This document shows positions 23,453 to 33,720 of a stretch of 43,969 nt of DNA, piece after piece. Position numbers and translations under genes: made by a program. Each line of letters opens with the position of its first letter. Positions within the stretch are counted from its first letter, which is position 1. Below the pieces are notes generated by a model. It had not been told where the DNA came from. It searched no databases and was given only the letters and a program-made list of their open reading frames with translations. The DNA comes from Neophaeotheca triangularis (taxonomy: Eukaryota), in the NCBI GenBank assembly GCA_054600435.1, contig BAAIJX010000047.1, positions 124,001 through 167,969 of the forward strand, written 5' to 3'.

Positions 23453-23700
23453 TAACATCTGACACATCTCTTGAAGGTCCGGCTTGCAAAGCAACCAGCT
23501 GTCAGCAACCAAAGGCCCTTCTCAGGTAGGTCATCTCTCCCCCCTCGCCAACAACAACAGCCCAGTTTGCAATGTTCACGGACCCCTAAAACTTCACCTC
23601 CCAACACCAGCCTCCCAACTTCAACATCTGACACCCGTTCATAAGATCTCACTGGCGAAGCAACCAACTGCCAACATCAAAAGGCAATACTCACGTAAGC
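23453..23700 (+). repeat. Tandemly duplicated branch site + 49-nt exon unit
   Basis: AACATCTGACAC precedes both exon 23477-23525 and exon 23646-23694. Both are 49 nt and share AAGCAACCA.CTG.CA.CA.C.AAAGGC...T.CTCA. Confidence 0.75.
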
Positions 23701-23986
23701 GATCTTCTTTCCCATGCACCCTCCACAGCCTAGTCCACAGCAAGCACGGACTCCGAAACCTCACCTTCGAATTCCTCACCTGCAAATCCTTAACCCCAAT
23801 CTCCCACCCCTCAGCTCCCACCTCCCAACCTCCGCCTTTCAATTCTCACATTCCAACTTCCTCTGACCGACGAAGCATCAAACAGCCACGCTTGTCTTAC
23901 TTGAGCGACAGTACGCCCTACCCACCTCCAAGCCATCAACAGCAGCTTCCTCCACAACTTTCAGCGCCAACCAAATCAAACTTCAA

Positions 23987-24225
23987 CCTAACACATATCA
24001 TCCAGCTCCACTTCATCATCACACCAATACCGAAACCAATACCAAACCTCCAATACCACATCTCCGAGCGAGCCAGGGGTAAGACCAACTTCCTTCACTC
24101 GAAACAATACTCTGCCTAACACCACTTATCCAGCTCTGCTTCATCATAATACCAACAACCAATACCAAATCTCCACTACCAAATCTCCAATACCAAATTT
24201 ACGAGCGAGCCCAAGGGTAAGACCG
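23987..24225 (+). repeat. Tandemly duplicated branch site + exon + donor unit
   Basis: CCTAACAC..ATCCAG|CTC..CTTCATCAT..CCAATACCAAA..CTCCAATACCA..GAGCGAGCC..GG|GTAAGACC occurs twice (exons 24006-24078 and 24134-24216). Confidence 0.8.
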
Positions 24226-24722
24226 GCCTTCATTCAGCGCGGCTTCAACAGCCACGTCCGGGACATTCAGGTGTCATCAACATCTCCAAGATCAAACCTG
24301 CTAAACACCCTTTTCTAGCTCAGCCATAACAATACCATCCAACAAGAACAAAAAGAATATTCAAATTTCCCACCAGGAATCATAGTGAGCGGCATCCCTC
24401 CTGCACAACGTTGTCTGTAGCATTAATGTTGCCTGCATCATTCACGTTGTCTGCAGCGTTCACGTGCCACTCAAGTCCTTCCGTTCCACTCTACTAAAAT
24501 CAATACTCCAGTCCCTCTATACCATCCACCGAAGAACTTGGACAGCAAAATGTTAGTCTCAGTGAAGACGACCGCTATGAGCGGCAATAGACATCCCTTT
24601 TACACTTTACAAAGATGTTTGCAACATTCACGTGCTATACATAAAACATTCTAAGCCCAAGTCCCCCCGTACTAACACCACCTCTAGCTCTCCAACACTA
24701 CCCAAACCTCACCATATCAAAA

Positions 24723-25636
24723 ATGGCACCCAAAGCCGCCACGAATACCGCCTCGGGCTCCGCTCCCGTTTCCGGTTCCTGCTCCGGCTCCGGTGAAAGC
24801 CAAATCTTCTCCTTCGAGGCCGTCGCCGCCCTCGTTGCCACTATCATGCACGCCACCGGGACTTTCGGCAAAGCCGAATTCCACCTCATGAGCAAGCTAG
24901 ATGGGGCCCGCGGGGTTTCAGGCTTCGATCACTTGTTCCGCAAGGTCAAGGTGAGGGCGAAGCAGATGTTGAAGAAGATGGAGGATGATGGTGGGGAAGA
25001 TGTTGTTACGCCGGCGAAGAGGGCGAGGGGTAGTGGTAGTTCTTCTGGGGGAAAGAAGGGGAAGGGGAAGGGGAAGGACGTGAAGACTGTTGATGGGATC
25101 CGGGAGGTGGATGGAGAAGATGACGAGGAGGTTGAAGTTGTGGTTGTGGAGAAGGGGACGAAGGGGAAGGGGAGGAAGAAGGTGCAAGTTGAAGTGGTTG
25201 ATGAGGAAGATGGGGATGAGGTGGTTGAGGTGGTTGAGAAGGGGAAGAAGGTTAACGGGGTGAAGAAGGGGAAGCGGACAAACAAAGGGGAGGAAGAGGA
25301 GGTCGAGGAGCAGGCACATGGGGAGAGAGTTGGGGCTGGAATCATTGGGGGCGGGATGGGGGACGTTGGGAAGGAGCGCGGCAGCGGCAAGAGAGGTAAG
25401 TTTTCATTCACACGCGATCGACACTGTTAATGTCGATATTGACCATCAGAGAAGCCCGCAGCCCCTCTCTTATCGCCGAGGACAGCGTTCTCCTCCAGAG
25501 GGCGCTAGAGGGCGGTGACGGCGGCGAAGAGGCCATCGTCCCAGCCGCGAAAAGATTGAGAACGGAAGAGCCGGAGTCGGTGCAGTCATATGGGGCGTGG
25601 GAAGACGGATTCATCGATTTCGGCTTCCTCGCCTAA
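24723..25636 (+). CDS. Small hypothetical protein with a short helical N-terminal domain and Lys/Glu/Gly-rich low-complexity tail (putatively nuclear)
   Basis: AAAATGG start context. FSFEAVAALVATIMH...FHLMSKLDGARGVSGFDHLFRKVKVRAKQM is followed by TPAKRAR and K/E-rich tracts. Intron 25396..25454 (GTAAGT..TTGAC..AAG) joins to an exon ending ...PAAKRLRTEE...FIDFGFLA*. An alternative CAG acceptor at 25449 would stop at 25508. Confidence 0.72.
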
Positions 25637-25861
25637 ACCATTTACTGCGCCGGCTCCGGGCTCCAGCAATAGCAGTGCTCTGCTGTTGAAGCGTCTGAGC
25701 GTCGAGAAGTGAGAAGTTTGGGGAGATTTGAAATGGAGGAGCAGGGGCCGGTGCAGTATTATGGGGCGGGCGAGGACAGTTTCATCGATCACGGCTTCCT
25801 CGCCTAAACCATCTACTGCGCTGGCTCCTGGCTCCAGCAATAGCGATCCCCTGTGGTTGAA
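25568..25861 (+). repeat. 171-bp-period tandem duplication of the terminal codons, stop and proximal 3' UTR
   Basis: Copy 1 is 25568-25690 and copy 2 is 25739-25861. Shared sequence: CGGTGCAGT..TATGGGGCG..TTCATCGAT..CGGCTTCCTCGCCTAAACCAT.TACTGCGC.GGCTCC.GGCTCCAGCAATAGC. Confidence 0.92.
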
Positions 25862-26099
25862 AGCAATGATATACCCAAATAGCGACTGAAAAACGGGAAT
25901 GTAAAACAACGTATCACTAAGTGCCATGAATGTCTCCTTGGTGAAGTTTTTTAGACACCCGACGTGAAGTGAAGTGAAGTCGGCATTGGCTTGGTCCTAA
26001 CACGGAAGCTTTGCCGAGCGACAACCTCCAACTCCGTCGGCTCCCACTTCACAACCAGCAACGACCGTGCCGAAACAGCCATTGGCGCCCACAGACACC

Positions 26100-26932
26100 A
26101 TGCAACCCATCCAGAGAACAGCAGCGCAAGCTGCACGACGCCTACGACCCCAGCTGCAGCGTCAGCAACGCCGCGCCGCCAGCGACACCGGCCACGGCGC
26201 CTCCAGCGACCCCTCCAAAGGCACCCACGGCCAACCACACCATGCCTCCTCTGGCACGGAATCGCTAGGCGTACGTCCCATGACGACCACCCCATAAACC
26301 CGCTCAAGCAAGTACGCCCTCTAAACTAACACGCCGCCCGTCCAGAAACCCTTCTACATCTCCATCTCAGCCTTAGCCTTCGGTTTCGCGCTGTACAAGC
26401 TCTCGCGCCAGGGCACCGACGAGCAACCTTGGTTGACTCGCCGCTTCATCGAGGGCTACAACAGTTACAAGGATGTCTGGGCCAGGCGGAACGACGTGCA
26501 CACGCAGATGGTGCAGCAGGCCGCTGGCGATAGGTTGCTGTTCTTGAATGAGACCGGCGCGGGCCAGAACAGGCATGTTGATGTGAGGTTTCCGGAGTAT
26601 GTATAACCCGTTGTGCAATTGGGAGGGGCTTGGGGGTATATGAAGGGGGTTGGGATTGAATGGGCGAGGGGGACGATGTGCGGTGGTTGAATGGGGGAAG
26701 AGTGCAGATTGCTAATATGGATGTTATCTACAGGATCATGAACCAGAGCTCTCCCTGGAACGTGCCGGCTGGCAACGGCAGCGCGAACATGGACGCCGTG
26801 ATTGCGAAGTACAGGGACGAGGCATTTGCGCAAAACGAGGAGAAGCTGAAGCAGGTGCAGGAGAACAGGGTGCCGAGGGAGCAGCCTGTTAGGTCTTTGA
26901 AAAAGCTGACGCCGGCGGGATTGGACTCGTAG
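26100..26932 (+). CDS. NADH-ubiquinone oxidoreductase 17.8 kDa subunit, mitochondrial precursor
   Basis: Exons 26100..26270, 26346..26596, 26734..26932. Arg-rich presequence, TM segment after ESLG, and WARRNDVHTQMVQQAAGDRLLF...RFPEIMNQSSPWNVPAG. Confidence 0.88.
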
Positions 26933-28106
26933 AGGGAGGGGAGTGGGTAGAGTGTGTATATTCCAGATTGGCATCGTACGGGTAATATGCGATTGACTCG
27001 TTACACTGTTATATTGGCATGGTTTGGAACTACAGATGGTTTGGCTGACTTTGAGTAGCTCAACTGATTCGAATTGCGTAAGTATGAGCGTTCCCGCTCG
27101 CTATCGATGCACTCAATGATGGTGGACTCAGGTCCTCCAAGGCATGCCGCGCTTTCGAGCTTGGCAGAGCTATTACATTCCCGCTAGCGACTATACCAGT
27201 CTCCGCCCATTGTAAATCAAGTATTACTGACAGGGGTGAAGCGTGGCTCTAATCCTTACAGCATAGGATATGGCTAGAAGTTAAAGCGTTACTCTTCACG
27301 CTGACCCCCAGATCTACTCAAAAGGATTTCGCGCTGGAGGTGTCCTCCTGTTAAGCCTCTCATGCAATCAGGTGTACCAAAACCCTGGACAATCTACGTG
27401 TATCACGATGGAGGTAGTTGGTATTGAGTCTTATGGTGCAACTACCTGGATACCGGAATTCGAGGTTTTCCGTTTTGGGCAATGGTGGAAAAGGGCCGCT
27501 CCACGCGCTAACGATCAAAGGTGAACTTTAATCAAGTATGGCTCTCTTCCTTCTCCCGATAATGACACTCTTTCGCATGCAATATATAAAACAATTTCTA
27601 ATGAAAGCCAATGGGGGCTTGAGCGAGCTAATGCTTTAGTATCCTACAGAAATGTCGATTGTCTTGGAGGCCGATGTCGACGTCACTATGGATGCGCCCC
27701 GATGTCAGAACTCCCGTGTTTCTGCTAGACAATCCTCTATCCGTGGCTCTGGGACATCAAATTCTTTCTAGGACGTCGTCACCGATCCTCGGAACTCGCG
27801 AGGTCGCCATGGCAGATGGCATTTCACCAGCCTTCTCCGTGAGAGTAAAGAATGCAAGTGTCGCCGTCTAAGATGCAGTTTTTACTTGCTCTCCAAATCT
27901 ACATTCCTATGCCCGGTCTTTGACGACCCGCATCCATTAGAGCCACAACGACACGTTTGCACGAGTCGGTTTCTAAGGGTGAAACACCGACAAGCGCCGA
28001 CAGCAGCGGGAACCTATTCTAGAGAAGAACACCTGGTCCTACCAGCAGTCGCAGCGGGCGTCGGCCTCGATTCAACGACAAAGCCGAGCTGACCTTCTCG
28101 GGCGCC

Positions 28107-29090
28107 ATGCAGGGCAGGAAGCTCCCAGGCATGCACTTCTGCAATACGCTGGCAGTTGGAGTCTTCCTTTTCTCCGCCACCTGCCAAAGCCTTGCCATAT
28201 TTCCTCCAGCAGCTTATCCTAACACGACCGACGCTGTGACTGGCAATAAGAACACATCTTCGAGCAGCTACGATGCAACCGTTTTAGCCGACTGCCCCGT
28301 CGCCCTGTGGGGCATGCGTGCCATCAACTCAAGCGAAGATGATCTCACCGGCAACGGCCACACCGGCACGTACAAACCGACCATTCCTCGTATCGCCATT
28401 CTTCCAAACGGCGAGAACGCAGCCGACTTGGACGGCTCGAGCCAATATCTCACCGTGCCATCAAATGAGGCCTTCAGCATCCCCACTACCGGCAACCTCA
28501 CCTGGGAAGCGTGGATCAAACCAAGCGTCGCAGACTTCCCACGCGCGTCCGGTCAAGGTTACGTCTCATGGCTCGGCAAATGCGCCACCTTCTCACCCAC
28601 TTGCGAATGGGAAGGACGTCTGTACAACACAAACACAGCCTCGGACCGTCCAAACCGCTTCTCATCCTACGCCTTCAACACGAGCGCCGGTCCAGGCTCG
28701 GGCGCATACTGGCAACCCAACCCAGGCACTGTGCGAGTCGGCCACTGGTATCACGTCGTAGGCCAATTCACCACGCAACCCAAACCCCCGGCAGACAGCA
28801 GCGACAGCGCGCGCGCACCAGGCGAGATCGATATCTGGGTCAACGGTATCAAGTGGCAGCAGGCAAGACACGGCCAGACGGGTTTGATGAGCCAGTATAA
28901 CATCGTGCCCCAGGCGGCTGACAGCCCGCTGAACATCGGCACCAAGGCGTTGGATAACTTCTTCGCGGGCGCCATTGGCAAGGTGGCGATTTACGACCAT
29001 TTGCTCACGGATGCCCGGGTGAAGGCGCATTATACTGCCATGACGGGCAAGACGCCGACTGGCTGGTGTACGAGCACTTGTAGCTTGTAA
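28107..29090 (+). CDS. Secreted LamG / concanavalin A-like lectin-fold protein
   Basis: Intronless 327 aa ORF (start may be the ATG at 28131). Signal-like LAVGVFLFSATCQSLA and LamG motifs LDGSSQYLTVP, LTWEAWIKP, GHWYHVVG, IWVNG, PLNIG, FFAGAIGKVAIYDHLLT. Confidence 0.85.
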   Translation: MQGRKLPGMHFCNTLAVGVFLFSATCQSLAIFPPAAYPNTTDAVTGNKNTSSSSYDATVLADCPVALWGMRAINSSEDDLTGNGHTGTYKPTIPRIAILPNGENAADLDGSSQYLTVPSNEAFSIPTTGNLTWEAWIKPSVADFPRASGQGYVSWLGKCATFSPTCEWEGRLYNTNTASDRPNRFSSYAFNTSAGPGSGAYWQPNPGTVRVGHWYHVVGQFTTQPKPPADSSDSARAPGEIDIWVNGIKWQQARHGQTGLMSQYNIVPQAADSPLNIGTKALDNFFAGAIGKVAIYDHLLTDARVKAHYTAMTGKTPTGWCTSTCSL

Positions 29091-30775
29091 TTTGAGGGGG
29101 CCGAGGAATCGGCATCGCATGCCTGGAGGTTGTAGAGGTATTGCGGTCTTGGATAGGCATTAGCATGGCGTACATATCATTAATAGAAGATACATTTCCT
29201 GAATGCGTTTTCGCCCGGCCCGGATCGAGACCTGTTGCGTTGCAGCAGCAAAGTTTCCAGCGCTTCGTTCTCGGCCGCGAGTCTAGGAGCTCAAGGTCGC
29301 TATTCTTTCGTACCATTCGCCTCACTTGCGACGGATACGCCCCAAGAGTTTGGCGGATACGTTAACAAAAGTGTGCGGTGCTCTCGAGTGCTGAAGGCGA
29401 CCGCTTGCGCAACCGGACAGATACCAAACGATGATACGCGATCTATTCCTTTTCGGGTCAGTGACGCGGGATGGGCATTGGCGTATACAAGGTATGTAGG
29501 CGCTAGCCGTTAACGATACATGATGAGCTCTAGCCAAGAACACCTCCCTCCGTCGAAACATTCTGCTATAGTTCGCAAGTCAAGACCGTTCTAGCGTCAG
29601 GTCTAACGCGTTGTTCCAATGGCTGGGATTATAATCGGTCAGGTTGGGCCGTGGGATTGCCCTGATAACGGCAGCAAGGGGGTTTGCTTGGTGGGAAATG
29701 GGAAACGTCGCTGGAAGCGGTTGCTATTGAGCAGTGTAGACGATACTACCAAGCGTCGTTGGAGAGACATGGAAGCGCAATTCCGAGGATGCTGTTGAGG
29801 AGTCGGTCGTAGCATGTGTGCGTTGCCGCTTGGGGTTGTGGTCTGCGGCGCCTGCGTGACGTTGGAATGTCAGAAGCCAGCTTGGATGACCTTGATTGAG
29901 AGCCGGACGACAATGGTTGTATGGAAGACTAGATGACAAGTTTTTGTCGGTTTGATCTCGCCGTCAAAGACAATCATGAGACGAGGGTGTAGTGGAGGCG
30001 ATGACGGGCGATGTCCAACCCGCTTGAAGAGGCTCACGTGAGTAGAGTCAAAGCCACATGTGAAAGGATCGTTTTGGTGGTACAGTCCCCCCGAATGAGC
30101 GCGCTACAGCCTGAGGTGCAGACGTGGGCAAGGGCAGGGTACCTAGGTAGAGTGAGGTAGGTAAGGTACCTAGGGTAAATTGGTAAATGTTCTCGACCTT
30201 GCCCTAAGACCCTTCCCCCACGGGGCACCGCATCCGCATTCTCGGCCCGGCAACCCCGACTTTAGCCGGCAGCTCGCCCAATAATTTCCACCACTTACCA
30301 GACGACAAGTCCTCTACAGCCGTCGTCGACCTCGATCTGACAATCTCTCTCCCTCCACCTCACCCGACGCGGCTAGCCATTCGCGCCCGCCTTTTGCAAA
30401 AGCGCCACCAGCGGCAAAACCTTCTACCACAGCCTACAGGTACCAGCCATGGCGGACCCTGGCGTGATCGGATCCTTCCGAGCTGTCAGGACGATGTAGA
30501 GAGCGCGTCGAGAGCGTGCAGGTCAATCAATCAAGTCCGCACTACTCCGCAGCAATATAAAAGGTATACTGTATGTTAGTGCCGAGGCTGGGGATCCTGA
30601 CCGTTTATAGCAGCAACCAGGACTTCGGTAAGGGTGGCACGTGGGAGGTTGTCGGAAGGGGCGTGGGTGGTCAAGCTGGGTATAATAGGTCGTCTTGTCC
30701 CTGTCCCGGGGCCCGAAAAGGGAATCCTCTACAAGAGTAGCTTGCCATTGCCTTACCACGACCATTTCTGCCATC

Positions 30776-32868
30776 ATGTCGGAATCCAGGAATGCCGGTG
30801 ATATTGAGAAGATTGCTCTCGACCAGGTCGAGGAGAAGCTGGGGAAGTCGGCGCTCGATGAAGCTAAACAGGCTTCAGACCAGGAGCACAATGCGACTGT
30901 TCGCGAATCCCTCAAGAAACATAAATGGTGAGTTTGGTGAAAAGCATTCGTGGGATGAGCAAAGACAGGTTTGGAGCGCAAGTGTGGCAATGCGATCCGC
31001 TTGCTAACGACAAAGCACACAGGGCGGTCTTCTGGTCCTGTATGATCTCCATGACAATCGTCATGGTAAGCATTAGCCCTTGCCGTCTCGTCCATGGATG
31101 CCTGCTGATATTTAGATGGAATAGGAGGGCTACGATACCATCCTAATGGGAAACTTTTGGGCTTACTCAAGCTGTAAGACTTTCTCTCCAAAGCCCTGGC
31201 CTCGTACAAGCCACTGACATTGTTTTTCTATAGTCAACGAGAAGTACGGCACTTACCGTGGCGAAGAAAACGGATACGTCGTCGATGCATCCTGGCAGTC
31301 CGGACTAAATATGGGTGCGACCGTAGGGGCCATCTTTGGAGCGCAACTTAACGGCTGGGCCTCCGCAAAGTACGGTTACAGATGGGTTTGCATCATCGGC
31401 CTGGGCTTCCTCAATTGCTTCATCTTCCTCACCTTCTTCGCGCCAAGCAAAGCCGTTCTCCTCGTCGGACAAATTACCTGTGGTAGGTATCAAAAGTTTC
31501 CTCTCTCGGATTCAAAGTGGCAAGCTGACCATTTCCAGGTCTGACATGGGGTATCTTCGCCACAACATGTCCCGCGTACGCATCTGAGATCATGCCGCTC
31601 AACCTTCGAGGCTACTTGACCATGTATGTCAACCTATGCTGGGCAATGGGTCAGTTCATTGCGGCCGGCGTTCTCAGAGGTCTGGTCAACAACCCTACTC
31701 AATGGGGTTACCGCATTCCCTTCGCCCTGCAGTGGATCTGGCCCCTGCCGCTTATGATTCTCATCTACCTGGCGCCTGAATCACCCTGGTTTTACGTCCG
31801 CAACGACCGATTGGATGACGCAAAGAAGTCGCTGAAGCGCCTAAGCAAGATTACCGACGACGAGGCCAATGGTACTCTTGCCATGTTGCTCCACACTGTC
31901 AAGATCGAGAATGCAACGACGAGCGGGACCAGTTATTTTGACTGTTTCAAGGGTACCGACAGGAGGCGGACTGAAATCGCCTGCCTTGCTTTTGCCGGAC
32001 AGATTCTCGCCGGTAGCTCGTTCGCTGTAAGTCCAACTACCAGACACGCCACGTTAACCAGACTAACTTCAGTCGACAGTACTCTCCCGCCTACTTCTTC
32101 ACCTCCGCTGGCATCCCCGAAGAAGACTCCTTCTCCATGTACGCACCTCTCAACTCCCCCATCCCCCCTTTGCCAAAACTAACTCCCTCCCCCCCAGCGG
32201 CCTCGGCGGTACCGCGATGGCCTTCTGCGGCACAATCCTCGCCTGGTTCATCAGCTACAAAGTCGGGCGGCGCACAATCTACATCATCGGTGAATCCATG
32301 TCGTGCTTCCTACTGCTCATAATCGGCAGCATCGCAGCGGCTGCCAACGAAGGCCCCGGCCTTTGGGCCCAAGCCGCTATGGCCCTAATCTGGATCTTCA
32401 CCTACTCCATCACGGTCGGGCCCTTTGCCTACAGCGTCGTCTCCGAAATCAGCGCCGTCAGGCTTCGCGCGCAGACGGTCGTGTTGGCGAGAAACGCCTA
32501 TCAGCTCGTCAACATCGTGAGCCAGATTCTAGTCCCGCACATGCTGAATCCCGAAGAATGGGACTGGCAAGGCCGGGCGGGTGTAAGTATCCTTCCCCAC
32601 CACCCAGATTCCTCCCCAACAACAACAAACCCTTTGCCCTTTCGCCTGAGCTTTGCGCTAACGAGACTTCTCACCCCGACAGTTCTTCTGGGCCGGCACG
32701 TCCGCTTGCATGGCCGTCTGGGCTTACTTCCGCCTCCCGGAACCCAAAGGCCGGACTTACGAGGAGCTGGATATTCTCTTCGCCAAGGGCATTAGTGCGC
32801 GCAAGTTCCACAAGACAAGGGTCGATGCGTATGCTGAAGACGGGTCGACGACGGCGCCGATGACTTGA
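30776..32868 (+). CDS. MFS sugar porter, maltose/general alpha-glucoside permease
   Basis: Eight exons (introns 30928-31022, 31066-31124, 31174-31233, 31483-31538, 32027-32079, 32139-32197, 32583-32682). Motifs MEGYD, YASEIMPLNLRGYLTMYVNLCWAMGQ, APESPW, CFKGTDRRRTEI, VGRR and PEPKGRTYEELDILF. Confidence 0.93.
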
Positions 32869-33720
32869 GTTGCTAAGACGCTTCGGCTTGTCGATTGGTG
32901 AAGGGGGGGAGTGGGGTTTTATTTGTGTTTGGTTTGGCTAGCGGAAGAACACAAAGGGGGGGAGGGGGGTACGAGGGTTGGCTGGGTTTTGTTGTAAGCT
33001 AAGTGGAAAGCAAACGGGAGGGAGAGAGGAGAGGGAGAGGACATACCCAGACCCGGATTGCGGCCCCCTTTTTCCTAATAGTTTCGAGTTTGTAGTTGGT
33101 TCCAAGTCGATCGCTTCTCTGCCCTTTAGCGCACACGCTAGCCTAGCTACGATGTACCCATCTCCACCGTTTGGGCACTTGACGTAGACGAATAAGTCTT
33201 TGGAATCTACCGATGGCCGAAAAGACGTGTCTCGCTTCACGTGTATTGCTTCTGGTAACTCGTTGTAGACCTCGAAGAAGAGATCAATGGGTCGAAAATT
33301 GCACGATTGACTGGAGATTGTAAAAATCGGCGGCCGTGTGCCAGGTCCATCAGGGGACCGCGCTCTCGGCTTATCGAATTATGCGTCTTACTCTTCGACA
33401 GATTTGTCGATATTGCATTGGTTATTGTAAAAGCCTTCGAGGGACGGGGTAGACAAAATTGGAAGAAACTGCAAAATTGTTGCATAGACGGATTCAATGT
33501 ATTCAAAAGGATTAGAAGCCTTAGTACTCTGTAAACGACCTACGCCTTTCACCATCGGAAACCATTGTCATGCTCGGATCTCGTCGGCGTTTCGGGGAAA
33601 GCGCAGCAACGCTGACAATCATGCTTCTTCACAGGAGAACGATTTTCCTCCCGGAATTTTCTCTCCACTGATCAAATCCCCACCACAAAGGCCGCCATTA
33701 CCAATCTCAATTCACTTTCT

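Larger units (their letters stand above)
23230..24722 (+). other. Predicted AUG-free 5' leader with nine spliceosomal introns
   Basis: Introns 23272-23353, 23410-23476, 23526-23645, 23695-23885, 23911-24005, 24079-24133, 24217-24318, 24385-24511, 24552-24687. Each has a GT donor, a CTRAC or CTAAA branch-like site and a YAG/AAG acceptor. Exons are 25-83 nt, CA-rich and contain no ATG. Confidence 0.6.

Noticed and set aside
23484..24119. 211-aa plus-strand ORF
   Set aside because: TTG start, runs across several predicted introns, and CA-rich composition makes stops rare. It is better explained by the spliced leader.
23272..24687. Intronic snoRNAs in the leader introns
   Set aside because: I found no convincing box C (RUGAUGA)/box D pairs or H/ACA hairpins by eye. 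Left as a hypothesis only.
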